From Candidatus Firestoneibacteriota bacterium (GTDB taxonomy: Bacteria; Oederibacteriota; D2-FULL-39-29; JBBTED01), in assembly GCA_038042445.1 (NCBI GenBank), contig JBBTED010000018.1:33419-97418 (forward strand): 64,000 nt of DNA, written 5' to 3'. Positions within the stretch are counted from its first letter, which is position 1. Every line of letters begins with the position of its first letter. The position numbers were made by a program, and so were the translations under genes. Below the pieces are notes generated by a model. The model was not told the origin of the DNA and searched no databases. It worked only from the letters and a program-made list of their open reading frames with translations. Below, one piece after another: positions 1 through 10,032 of this stretch.

Positions 1-619
1 AAGATCCAGAGAAAAACAAATTTTAAGCAATTTAAGTTTGAATGATGGAGTAAAAGCTAAAATTTTAGATGTAGGTTGTGGTAGTGGAGGGTTTTTAAGT
101 GGTATAAGTGACAACAATTTTGAAAAATATGGAATAGAAATCAATCCTGAAGGTTATAAAATATGTAAGGATAAAGGTATAAAGGTATACAATCAAGATA
201 TTAAAAATATAAGTTTTGGAGATAAATTTTTTGATGTTATTACTTTATGGCATGTGATTGAACATATTGCTACGCCTTATGAAATAATATCAGAAATAAA
301 AAGAATATTAAAAGATGATGGAGTATTGGTGATTACTATGCCTAATACTGACAGTTTTGGGTTTAAATACGGGCAAAAATTTTGGTTTCATTTAGATGCT
401 CCAAGGCATTTAATTTTGTATAATATGAAAAGTTTGACTCAGCTTATGAGCAAAGCAGGGTTTAGTATTTTAAAAAAGAAGAATATGTTTTTTGAATTTC
501 CTCTTGATTTGTTTTGGTCAATAAGGAAGTCTTGGGTAAGATATTTTATTTATCCATTTTATCCTATGTTTAAAATCTTATCAGAAGAAACAATATTATT
601 GGTTTGTAAAAAACAATAA
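1..619 (+). CDS. Class I SAM-dependent methyltransferase, 5'-truncated by the window edge
   Basis: ILDVGCGSG SAM-binding motif and FDVITLWHVIEH; the frame is open from base 2, so the true start lies upstream of the window. Confidence 0.85.
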   Translation, partial: RSREKQILSNLSLNDGVKAKILDVGCGSGGFLSGISDNNFEKYGIEINPEGYKICKDKGIKVYNQDIKNISFGDKFFDVITLWHVIEHIATPYEIISEIKRILKDDGVLVITMPNTDSFGFKYGQKFWFHLDAPRHLILYNMKSLTQLMSKAGFSILKKKNMFFEFPLDLFWSIRKSWVRYFIYPFYPMFKILSEETILLVCKKQ

Positions 620-637
620 ATGGAGATATAATATTAT

Positions 638-2221
638 ATGGATATACTTTTAATTAATCCTTATTATAGTCAACGCAAAGAATATCATTCCTTTATTGTT
701 CCTGCTCCACCATTAGCCCTTTTATATCTTACAGGTTATTTAAGGAAATATAATGTGGATTGTAAAATATGTGAATTTGGAGTTTTTGATCCAAGCGATG
801 CAATTAATATTGGAGAAAGAGTTAGGTTTGGAATTTCAGATGAAGAGATTAAAAAAATCATTAAAAAAGAAAATCCTAAAATAGTCGGCATAACAAGTAT
901 GTATTCTATATATTATGCTGATGTAGTTGATATTGCAAAAACTATAAAGAAAATTAACAATGATATTAAGATTGTGCTTGGTGGTAATCATGCTTCTTCG
1001 TATTATCCATATATTTTAAAAAATCAAAATATTGATATAGTAGTTATTGGTGAAGGCGAAAGAGCATTTTTAGATTTATGTAATGTTTTGCTCAATAATG
1101 GTGCATTAAAAAATATTAAAGGTATAGCCTATAAAGAGAATGGTAATATAATAAAAAATGAACCAGCTGAAGTATTTTCAAATTTAGATGAAATACCATT
1201 TCCTGCAAGAGATAGTATAGATTTTAAAAAATACATTCCACCTAGACATATGGTTCCATATTTGATGCGTTATCCAGCAGCAACTATTATTACAAGTAGA
1301 GGATGTCCAGGTAAATGTGTTTATTGTACAGTTAAAGCAGTATGGGGAAGAACTTGGCGAGGAAGAGGTGCTAAAAATGTTGTTGATGAGATTGAAATGC
1401 TTGTCCATGATTATGGTATAAAAGAAATTGTTGTTTTAGATGATAGTGCTAGTATTAATAAGCAAAGATGGAGTGATATATGTGATGAAATTATTAATAG
1501 GAAAATAGATATAAAATGGAGCACACCTAATGGTATAGCACATTGGACTCTTGATAAAAATATACTTGATAAGATGAAAAAAGCCGGGTGTTATAGGGTT
1601 ACTTTTGGCATAGAATCAGGTAATGCAGAAACTAGAAAATTTTTGGGTAAGCCGTATAGTCTTCAGCAGGCAAAAGAGATGTTAAAATATGCCAATAAAA
1701 TTGGAATGTGGACAATTTGCACCAATATTTTAGGGTTTCCTTATGAAAAAGAAGATTCAATTCGCGACACAATTAATTTTGCAAAAAAATGCGGGACAGA
1801 TTTTGCGACATTTTACCTTTTAATTCCACAGCCTACATCTGATGTATACGGTTATTTTAAAAAAGAAAATCTCTTAAATCTTGATGCTTTTTTTGAAAAT
1901 GAAAATCCAGATTGGTATGAATTTGAAAAAATTAACTATATTTTGAGTGAAACAGGGACAGATACAATGTTTTTTAAAAAAGAAGAACTTAGAAGGTTGC
2001 AAAAAAATGCTTATCGCTCTTTTATAATATACAGATTTCTATCTTATGCTTTTGTTCCATGGAAAATATTGCATAAATTAAATAGCTGGGAGGATTTTCT
2101 TTATTGCATGAAATTATTTAAAAATGGAGCATTAATTTTGTTTAGGCTATTAAATCCATTTAAAATAGGAACTGTGCATTTTTTATACAAAAAAGGCCAC
2201 GTAAAAAAAGATACCAAATAA
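638..2221 (+). CDS. B12-binding domain radical SAM protein (class B methyltransferase-like)
   Basis: N-terminal cobalamin-binding motifs (PPLALLYL, VGITS, LGGNHAS, VIGEGE) followed by TSRGCPGKCVYC (CxxxCxxC). Confidence 0.9.
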   Translation: MDILLINPYYSQRKEYHSFIVPAPPLALLYLTGYLRKYNVDCKICEFGVFDPSDAINIGERVRFGISDEEIKKIIKKENPKIVGITSMYSIYYADVVDIAKTIKKINNDIKIVLGGNHASSYYPYILKNQNIDIVVIGEGERAFLDLCNVLLNNGALKNIKGIAYKENGNIIKNEPAEVFSNLDEIPFPARDSIDFKKYIPPRHMVPYLMRYPAATIITSRGCPGKCVYCTVKAVWGRTWRGRGAKNVVDEIEMLVHDYGIKEIVVLDDSASINKQRWSDICDEIINRKIDIKWSTPNGIAHWTLDKNILDKMKKAGCYRVTFGIESGNAETRKFLGKPYSLQQAKEMLKYANKIGMWTICTNILGFPYEKEDSIRDTINFAKKCGTDFATFYLLIPQPTSDVYGYFKKENLLNLDAFFENENPDWYEFEKINYILSETGTDTMFFKKEELRRLQKNAYRSFIIYRFLSYAFVPWKILHKLNSWEDFLYCMKLFKNGALILFRLLNPFKIGTVHFLYKKGHVKKDTK

Positions 2222-2234
2222 TTTAATTTAAAAT

Positions 2235-5200
2235 ATGAAAAATTTGCTTAAAAAAATAAATAGTTATTTTTTTTGTGCATTTATTTTTGCAATTTTACTT
2301 GCAGCTGTATTATTACCGTATTATTCTAATGGTAATATTATTTTAGGTGGTGAAGGAAATTATGTTTTAGATTTTAATGTGCTTCTTGGAAAATTAAATT
2401 ATACCTGGCAAAATTGGGGTGTAGGTTTTCCAGCTACCAGTTCAAATTATAATTATTTTATTGTATTCTTTTTTGCATTTCTTCAAAAAATAATTCCAGA
2501 TATTCAAGTTGTAAATTTCATTTTTATATTTATTTTGTATTTTTTGCCATTTTTTTCCGCTTTGTTGGTTTGTCGAGTTTTAAATTTAAAACCATTCTTG
2601 TCATTTTTAATTTCGTATTTCTATGTTGTTAATCCTTTTTCGTTATACTACTTAGGAACATGGGTAAATCATTGGAATTCCTTAGTTTTGTTTATTATAC
2701 CACTATATTTCTTTATTATATTTAAATATTATGAAAAAAACAAATTGCTATTTTTATTTTTTGGATTGAATTCTGCGCTTTGTGCTTTTACAAATGCAAA
2801 TCCTCCATTGATGGTAGTAAATCAAATTTCTATTATTATATCACTTGTTTTTACTGGTATTTATAAAGACCCGAATTTTTCATTTAATAAGTTTGCAAAA
2901 AAATATTTTGTTGTTTTAACGTCATTTTTTCTTTTTAATATTTGGTGGATTTTGAACTGGATGAGTGTAATGGTCGATATCCCACAGATGTATTCTACAG
3001 GATTTGCATTAGGATGGGCTGATTCGTTTAAAATTTTTCCTAACCTAATATGGAGAAATTTTACATTTACATCTTTATTCCCTATTAATTTTTCTGTAGA
3101 TTTTGTCATAAATTTATACAGTTCTAACTTTAGTTTTTTAATAGTAACAATCCCTATTATAATTGTTATATATTTTGTTATGAAATATAAATCATATTCT
3201 CCAGTTGTTAAATTTCTTCTTGTTTGTATACTTATTACACTATTTTTAATGAAGGGTATATTGCCACCATTTGGATTTATATATAAGTTTATGATTATAT
3301 ATATCCCATTTTTTAGTGTTTTTAAAACTCCAATAGAAAAATGGGGAGTTCTATATCTTTTTCTTTTTATTTTGTTGTTCATAATTCTTTTGAAAGATAA
3401 TGATAAGAAAAAGGAATATAAATTTTTGTTAGGATTATTTTTGTTTTATCTGTCCTATGTGAGTTTTCCTTTTGTAACAAGTAAATTTATTTCAGACTAT
3501 AAAATGTTTGATGGTAACATTGCGACACGTAAATATATTGATAAAAAAGAATATAAAGATTTGAGGAAAAACCTTAGTAATGATCCAGTTGATTATAGAG
3601 TATTTAGTCTCCCTGGAAGTTTAAATTATCAGATAGCACTTACAATGCCCAACGACAAATTTTATACAGGAATGGATCCTGTTTTAAATAGTATAAACAG
3701 ACAGTTTATTGCTCAATACAGTAATACTTTAATAAATAACTTTGATGTATTGTACGATAATATTTCAAGTGAAAAATTTTCTCGTTTATTAGCATTATAT
3801 AATATTGGTGCAATTGTTTTAAATAGAGATATACTTCCTTGGTTTGGTTTTAAAGAAAAAGAAGAAATGCAGGATTTGGAAAATATATTTAATAATGAAA
3901 AAATATATAAAAAAGAGCAATTAATTCCAGGAACAGTTTCTTTGTATAAATTACAAAATGAGCATTTTTTGCCTCATATATATTCTTCTGCATCGATTGT
4001 GCCAATTGTAGGAAAAAATCGTTCTTTGTCATCATTAACTTATACTACTTATCTTGATAGCTATCCTGCAATTGCTTTTACATCTCAAGTCTTAGAAAAA
4101 GGTAATTTTGAAAAAATCATTAAAGATAATATATTGTTTGTAAATTCACAACTTTCGGATTTAGCACTTGATTTTGTCGATAAAAATAAATCTTTGCAAT
4201 TATTGTTGGATGAACAAGGGCAAGCTGAGTTTAAAATAAAACAAAGCGCTATTTATGAAGTATTGGTACAATTTAAAAGTTCGGTTTCAGATAAAAATGA
4301 TAAAACATTAATTTTAATAGTTGATAATAATATATTGCCATTACCTGGTAATTGTTTCCAAAATCAGCAATGGATAAGATTTGAAAGTGTTTCTCTAAAT
4401 AAAGGAAAACATAGGATCAGAGTATTTTTCAGAAATGACAGAGGAAAAATCGAAAGCATTAAAATAGTTCCCCAAAAAATGATGCAACAAATATTGAATG
4501 AAACTGATGTATCTTTTAAAAATAATGAGATCCAAACGACCTATTTATTTTATAAAGATGAAACATATTTTCAGGAGCAAAATGATAAATATAGATGGAA
4601 TATTTTAAAACCCAGTAATTATAAAATAAAAATGATACTTTCTCCTAAGGCAGAGTTTATTAAACAAAAAGATACTGAAAAAGATACATTTTGGCATCTT
4701 ACAGATTTTAATGAAAATATTTTGAATGCTGATATGCAAAAGCATAAAAGCATTGGAACGAATAGTTCTAATGTGTTTTCTGAAAATGATGAAAATATAC
4801 CATTATCTGTAAATCTTGATTGGAATCATAATAATGAGAAGTCTGAAAAAATAATACAGAAATCTTTTAAAAATTTAAAACTAAACAATTTGCCGTATTT
4901 TTCTATGATTTTCAAAAAGGATGATTCAGTAAAAGATGTTGCAATTAAATTTTTTGTAAGTAAATATAAAAATGGATTTTTAAAGAAAAGTTTTACTTTG
5001 GAAAATCAGTATTCGAATCATTTTTTTATATCTTCTACTCAAACTTTTATTGCTGATATTTACAAAGAAGCAGTAAAAGTATTGAGATTGCCTGTAGATG
5101 CAGACTGTTTTTTGATGAAAATAGAGATTAGCGTAATTCGAGTTAAAAAGGGGGAATATAAGATATTGAGTCCTCACAAGTTTGAAATTTATAATGCTGA

Positions 5201-6266
5201 ATTTCATACAGAACTGCCTTTTATAATTGAGAATTCTCCACTTGATGAGAAAAAATTGCAAGGTAAAGGTATTGATACATTATCTGAAATTTCGTTCGGC
5301 AAAGATAAAATCTTAAAATTGCAGTTAGAAACCAAGTCGTATGTAGATTTAAAAACTGATTCTCAACTTAGAATGATTTTTAAAAAACCAGAAGAGAAAA
5401 TAAAAAGTAGAGAAAATTTAAAAAATCTTAGATTGTTACTTGATTTGGATTTTGATGGAGATGGTAAAAGTGACAAAAAGGCTGAATATGAAGTTCCTAT
5501 TATGCTTATTCAATCTGATTATGTAATGATTTATTTTGACGTTTATGATGCAGTAAAATCTGAATTTCCCGGTAAAAAAAATTATCATTTGAATGCATTA
5601 AAAATCTCTAAAAATTCCGATATTGATAAAAAGTGGTATAATACACCAATAGTAGTGAGTCGTACATGGTTAAAAAAGAAACTAATTGATTGTAAGGATT
5701 GGAATATGAGCGCCCCAATTTTTGAATTAAATAATAAAAAGTATTATTTAAAGAATATGAACATGAAAAAAATGGAAAATGGAAAATTGTATTTGGAAAT
5801 TGATTCTATTTATTTTCCAAAAGGGGAACATTTGTTTTCTACAATTGTTAATTCTCAATGGCAAGTGAATTTTGCAGAAATTGAACCTGTTAGTATAGAT
5901 GTTGAAAATAAATGGAAAAATAGTGATAATTTGCATTTACCAAAAATCTCTTTTAAAAAGATCAATACTACGAAATATGTTGTTGATGTTGAGACCAGTA
6001 AACCTTGGACATTGGTATTTAGTGAGGCATATCATCCAAAATGGGAAGCATTCATAAATGGTGAAACAGTATCTTCTAAAAATCATTTTGTGGTTAATGG
6101 ATATGCAAATGGATTTTGTATTGACAAAACAGGCAAATATCAAATTGTTATTGAGTATGCAACTCAGAAATATTTTAATATAGGTTTAATTGTTTCTGCT
6201 ATTACATTATTAAGTTGTGTTGGCTATTTGGTCGTAAGAAAACGCAGTGGCAAGTTATTGCTATGA
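2235..6266 (+). CDS. Large polytopic membrane protein, GT-C glycosyltransferase-like (AftD/YfhO-like)
   Basis: Many TM segments in the first ~420 aa, a long extracytoplasmic region, a YfhO-like C-terminus (LVFSEAYHPKW...HFVVNGYANGF...IVIEY) and a final TM helix. Confidence 0.65.
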   Translation: MKNLLKKINSYFFCAFIFAILLAAVLLPYYSNGNIILGGEGNYVLDFNVLLGKLNYTWQNWGVGFPATSSNYNYFIVFFFAFLQKIIPDIQVVNFIFIFILYFLPFFSALLVCRVLNLKPFLSFLISYFYVVNPFSLYYLGTWVNHWNSLVLFIIPLYFFIIFKYYEKNKLLFLFFGLNSALCAFTNANPPLMVVNQISIIISLVFTGIYKDPNFSFNKFAKKYFVVLTSFFLFNIWWILNWMSVMVDIPQMYSTGFALGWADSFKIFPNLIWRNFTFTSLFPINFSVDFVINLYSSNFSFLIVTIPIIIVIYFVMKYKSYSPVVKFLLVCILITLFLMKGILPPFGFIYKFMIIYIPFFSVFKTPIEKWGVLYLFLFILLFIILLKDNDKKKEYKFLLGLFLFYLSYVSFPFVTSKFISDYKMFDGNIATRKYIDKKEYKDLRKNLSNDPVDYRVFSLPGSLNYQIALTMPNDKFYTGMDPVLNSINRQFIAQYSNTLINNFDVLYDNISSEKFSRLLALYNIGAIVLNRDILPWFGFKEKEEMQDLENIFNNEKIYKKEQLIPGTVSLYKLQNEHFLPHIYSSASIVPIVGKNRSLSSLTYTTYLDSYPAIAFTSQVLEKGNFEKIIKDNILFVNSQLSDLALDFVDKNKSLQLLLDEQGQAEFKIKQSAIYEVLVQFKSSVSDKNDKTLILIVDNNILPLPGNCFQNQQWIRFESVSLNKGKHRIRVFFRNDRGKIESIKIVPQKMMQQILNETDVSFKNNEIQTTYLFYKDETYFQEQNDKYRWNILKPSNYKIKMILSPKAEFIKQKDTEKDTFWHLTDFNENILNADMQKHKSIGTNSSNVFSENDENIPLSVNLDWNHNNEKSEKIIQKSFKNLKLNNLPYFSMIFKKDDSVKDVAIKFFVSKYKNGFLKKSFTLENQYSNHFFISSTQTFIADIYKEAVKVLRLPVDADCFLMKIEISVIRVKKGEYKILSPHKFEIYNAEFHTELPFIIENSPLDEKKLQGKGIDTLSEISFGKDKILKLQLETKSYVDLKTDSQLRMIFKKPEEKIKSRENLKNLRLLLDLDFDGDGKSDKKAEYEVPIMLIQSDYVMIYFDVYDAVKSEFPGKKNYHLNALKISKNSDIDKKWYNTPIVVSRTWLKKKLIDCKDWNMSAPIFELNNKKYYLKNMNMKKMENGKLYLEIDSIYFPKGEHLFSTIVNSQWQVNFAEIEPVSIDVENKWKNSDNLHLPKISFKKINTTKYVVDVETSKPWTLVFSEAYHPKWEAFINGETVSSKNHFVVNGYANGFCIDKTGKYQIVIEYATQKYFNIGLIVSAITLLSCVGYLVVRKRSGKLLL

Positions 6267-6943
6267 AAAATTTTGATAAAAATATTTTTTTAAATGGCAA
6301 GTTAATTTATTTATTAATTGCTGACATAATAATTTCCATTTTTTCATGGAGTTTGGCAATTTATTTATATAATATTTTTGGTGAAAAAACGCTGACTTTT
6401 GAAGTTCTGACTAGACATTCTTATATTATTCTAATTGTAAGCGGTGTTTTGGGATATATATTAACATTGGGAGGATTTAGAGTTGTTTCCTTAAAAAAGA
6501 TGCAAGATGTTTTTTTGTATAAAAGTAGGATTTTAATTGCTATAATTTTGTATTGTAGTATTATAGTTTTATTTTTTTGTTTTACACCTCCACATTCTAT
6601 TAGGGCATGGATAGTTTTACTGGTTTATCTGACATCTATTTCTGTTTTTACTTTTATATGGCATAAATGGGGAAAATATATATATCAATTGTTTTGTGTT
6701 ACTTTCTTGGAACAGGATTTTAAAAGATATGTTCCTCCTATTTTATTTGAAAGATTTCCCAAAGGAAAAGAAAATTCCGGAAAAATTTTTATTGGAATTT
6801 TTATTGTACTGATTTTATTTTGTACATTATTGCTAATGTTTCAAAATAAGGAATTGGCTGATTATGTAGATGATTATGCCTATTTTTCATTGGTTATCGG
6901 TGTTGGAATAGAATTATATAGGGGTAGAAAACATTCTAAATGA
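6263..6943 (+). CDS. Hypothetical multi-pass membrane protein
   Basis: About 6 hydrophobic segments; the ATG at 6263 overlaps the upstream stop (ATGA), which makes it a better start than 6215. Confidence 0.7.
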   Translation: MKNFDKNIFLNGKLIYLLIADIIISIFSWSLAIYLYNIFGEKTLTFEVLTRHSYIILIVSGVLGYILTLGGFRVVSLKKMQDVFLYKSRILIAIILYCSIIVLFFCFTPPHSIRAWIVLLVYLTSISVFTFIWHKWGKYIYQLFCVTFLEQDFKRYVPPILFERFPKGKENSGKIFIGIFIVLILFCTLLLMFQNKELADYVDDYAYFSLVIGVGIELYRGRKHSK

Positions 6944-8469
6944 TTAAATATTTCTATTTGCCACTTCTATTATTTGTCGTAATCGCAATTTTTCAAAAAA
7001 TTTTTAATAAGTCCAATAGTGTAAATCATAGTTTGTCATCTGCGGAGGCTTTGCAATTACAAAATAAATTATTTTATATATTGTGTGCATTGTATATTGT
7101 TATTTTTGGAGTATTAAGTATTTTGAGATATGTTTCACTGCATAGTACTTTTTGTGATATGGGAATTTTTGAAAACACAATATGGAAGATAGCATATAAT
7201 AAGGATTTTTATTTGATTTCATTTGGACATTTTTGGCCAATTTTACTTGTTTATGCATTAATTTATAAAATATTTTCATCAGGTATAACTCTTCTTTTGC
7301 TTCAGACAATTGCAATTACTGTAGGTGCATATCCACTATATAAAATAGCTCAAAAGCATTTAAAGGGGGTATTCCCAATAGTAATTGTTTTGTCATACTT
7401 CTTGTATTTTGGAGTCGAATATAATAATTTATTTGATTTTCATCCAGACCATCTTTTTATGACACTATTACTTTTCGGGTTTTATTTTCTGGAAGAAAAA
7501 AACATCAAAGGTTTTATGGTTATTTCTGTTTTAGCTTTATTTATTAAGGAGCCTTTGCTTTTGTCCCTTAGTTTGTTTGGTTTATATGCAGGAATAAAAC
7601 ACAAAAATTACAAAGAAGGGTTTTTTATTTTTGTTATAGCTATACTGTTTTTTATTGTAGTTACGCAAATTACTATACCTTTTTATTTTAAAGGTAAGTA
7701 TCCTTTTGCCAGCAGTGCAATTTCTTCTAAATTTAACTTAGGTTTTTTAGAAATTATCAAAAGTGTTATTTTGCATCCATCCAGTTTGATAGTAGAATTG
7801 TTTTCTTGTAAAGAAAAATTAATTTATCTTTTTTGCATATTTGCTCCACTATTGTTTGTTCCATTGCTTTCACCTTTAGCGCTTTTGCCAACCTTGCCTA
7901 TGATATTTATAGCTATTTTATCTCAGGCATATAATTATTATTCTTTGCAAAGTCATTATTCTGCAAGTATTATTCCAGGCCTATTTGTGGCATTTATTTA
8001 TGGATTAAAAAAAATAGAAAAAGTAAAATGGCTTGCTGTTTATGTTGTAAGTTTTTCAATATATTTTAATGTGGTATTAAGTTCTTCTCCTTCGTCATTA
8101 TTATTCTGGGAAGGTAAGGATTGGATATATTCAAAGAATGCGTATTTGACTACTAATAGAGATAAAATGATAAATGTTGCAATAAAAAAATATATTCCTG
8201 TGGATTCAAAAATCAGTGTTACTACACAAAATTCAATTAATAGCGGTAAATTAGCTAAAAGGGACAAATATTTATTATTTCCTCAATCACAAGATTTTAA
8301 TAAAAGTGATTATGTAATATTAGATTTAAAAAGGGCGCTTTTTGCCGTGGATAGAACTGATGGGGAAAAAATTGTTAATGATATTTTAAAAACACGAAAA
8401 ATACTTTTTGAAGAAGACGGTTTTTATATTTTGACAAAAAAATGTGGTTTGGTGGAAAAAGATGACTGA
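6940..8469 (+). CDS. DUF2079-like membrane protein (predicted GT-C glycosyltransferase)
   Basis: DMGIFEN, GHFWPIL, FDFHPD, KE and HYS motifs typical of DUF2079; polytopic. Confidence 0.75.
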   Translation: MIKYFYLPLLLFVVIAIFQKIFNKSNSVNHSLSSAEALQLQNKLFYILCALYIVIFGVLSILRYVSLHSTFCDMGIFENTIWKIAYNKDFYLISFGHFWPILLVYALIYKIFSSGITLLLLQTIAITVGAYPLYKIAQKHLKGVFPIVIVLSYFLYFGVEYNNLFDFHPDHLFMTLLLFGFYFLEEKNIKGFMVISVLALFIKEPLLLSLSLFGLYAGIKHKNYKEGFFIFVIAILFFIVVTQITIPFYFKGKYPFASSAISSKFNLGFLEIIKSVILHPSSLIVELFSCKEKLIYLFCIFAPLLFVPLLSPLALLPTLPMIFIAILSQAYNYYSLQSHYSASIIPGLFVAFIYGLKKIEKVKWLAVYVVSFSIYFNVVLSSSPSSLLFWEGKDWIYSKNAYLTTNRDKMINVAIKKYIPVDSKISVTTQNSINSGKLAKRDKYLLFPQSQDFNKSDYVILDLKRALFAVDRTDGEKIVNDILKTRKILFEEDGFYILTKKCGLVEKDD

Positions 8470-8513
8470 AAGGAGTACTGGAAGTGCAAACCATAGTTTT
8501 AAAAATGAAGCAA

Positions 8514-8542
8514 TTGACAGAAGAATGATTTGGTTATATAAT
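8514..8542 (+). promoter_or_regulatory. Sigma-70 promoter of the PTS operon
   Basis: Perfect TTGACA (8514-8519), N17, TATAAT (8537-8542). Confidence 0.85.
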
Positions 8543-8550
8543 TTAGAGAT

Positions 8551-8566
8551 TATGGTATATACCATA
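8551..8566. promoter_or_regulatory. Palindromic operator TATGGTATATACCATA
   Basis: Perfect 16-bp palindrome just downstream of the -10 box; recurs twice at 20348-20377. Confidence 0.75.
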
Positions 8567-8614
8567 GCTAAAAAATTAGAATTCATAATTTGAATTAGAG
8601 AGGGGGATTATATA

Positions 8615-9079
8615 ATGAGAATATTAGATTTTTTAGTTGAAGATGCTATAAAAATAAATTTGGAAGCAAAATCCAAAGAAGAGGTGATAAAAGAGTTAGT
8701 GAAATTGTTGAAAGAAGCTGGAAAAATCAGTGATGAAAAGAAAGCGTTGCAAATTTTGATGGAGAGAGAAGAGCTTGGAAGTACAGGTGTAGGACAGGGG
8801 GTTGCAATTCCACATGGTAAAACTATTGCAGTGTCTGATTTGGTTTCTGCATTTGGTTTATCTAAAGAAGGTGTGGATTTTGATGCTCTTGATGGTGCGC
8901 CGGTTCACTTGTTTTTCTTGTTATTAGCTCCAGAAGGTGCTGCGGGTTCACATCTTAAAGCATTGGCACGGATTTCAAGCTTACTCAAAGATAAATATTT
9001 TAGAAAGGCGCTTATAGATGCTAATAGTTCAGCAGATGTATTAAAAATAATTCGTGAGGAAGAGGAGTTAAGGCATTAA
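8615..9079 (+). CDS. ptsN: PTS EIIA, fructose/nitrogen (PtsN-like) family
   Basis: MEREELGSTGVGQGVAIPHGK phospho-His motif; FDALDGAPV. Confidence 0.85.
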   Translation: MRILDFLVEDAIKINLEAKSKEEVIKELVKLLKEAGKISDEKKALQILMEREELGSTGVGQGVAIPHGKTIAVSDLVSAFGLSKEGVDFDALDGAPVHLFFLLLAPEGAAGSHLKALARISSLLKDKYFRKALIDANSSADVLKIIREEEELRH

Positions 9080-9492
9080 TGGTTAATGTATTAGTTGTTT
9101 CACATGGCTCATTTGCAAAAGCATTGCTAAAAACAGCAGAGATGATAATTGGTAAGCAAGCGAATGCTATTAGTGTGTCTATTAATACAGGTGAAGGATT
9201 AGATGAATTGAGAGATAAAATGAATACAGTTCTAAAGAGATTTAAAGGAGAAGTGTTGATTTTATCGGATATGTGTGGGGGGAGTCCATCATTGGTTAGT
9301 TTATCTCTTGTTAAAGAATATAATAATGTGGAAGTTATTGTAGGTGTAAATTTGCCGGTTCTTTTAGAAGTAATGCTTAATAGAGATAAGAGTTTAAAAG
9401 AACTTGCAAAGCTGGCAGTTAAAAGAGGTTTGGAAAGTATAGGTAATATTACGCAGAAGATGAATACGTTAAAAAAATGCAGTTCATTTTAA
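9079..9492 (+). CDS. PTS mannose-family EIIA
   Basis: VVSHGS, DMCGGSP, GVNLP. Confidence 0.9.
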   Translation: MVNVLVVSHGSFAKALLKTAEMIIGKQANAISVSINTGEGLDELRDKMNTVLKRFKGEVLILSDMCGGSPSLVSLSLVKEYNNVEVIVGVNLPVLLEVMLNRDKSLKELAKLAVKRGLESIGNITQKMNTLKKCSSF

Positions 9493-9516
9493 ATACGGTG
9501 GACTACTAGTTAAAAA

Positions 9517-10032
9517 ATGCAAATCGTTTTAGCACGAATAGATGATAGATTAATACATGGACAGGTAGTAGTTGGATGGGTGACTTATACTGGGGCAAAT
9601 CATATAGTGGTTATAAATGATACAGTTGCTAAAAATGAAATGCAAAGAACTTTGCTTGAAATTGCAGTTCCAGTTCATTTAAGAGTTACAATCTGTACAG
9701 TTGATGAGGCACCATCTAAAATTAATGATGTAGAATTTAAAAATGACAAGGGACTATTGCTTTTTACTAATCCTATTGATGTGCAAAAATTACTCGGAAA
9801 ATGCAATGCATTTGAAAGTCTGAATGTTGGTGGAATGAAATTTTCTCCTGGAAAAAAAGAAGTATTAAAGTCTGTGTATCTAAATACACGAGATGCTATT
9901 ACTTTGCTGAAGTTGAATGAATGTGGAATTGAGATTGAAGGGAGAATGGTTCCTACAGATAAAAAAGTAGATGTAGTAAAATATATAAAAGATCATAGAG
10001 AAAATTTCTTAGGAAAGAATGAAAAAAATTAA
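9517..10032 (+). CDS. PTS mannose/sorbose-family EIIB
   Basis: ARIDDRLIHGQV motif; LNVGGM. Confidence 0.92.
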   Translation: MQIVLARIDDRLIHGQVVVGWVTYTGANHIVVINDTVAKNEMQRTLLEIAVPVHLRVTICTVDEAPSKINDVEFKNDKGLLLFTNPIDVQKLLGKCNAFESLNVGGMKFSPGKKEVLKSVYLNTRDAITLLKLNECGIEIEGRMVPTDKKVDVVKYIKDHRENFLGKNEKN

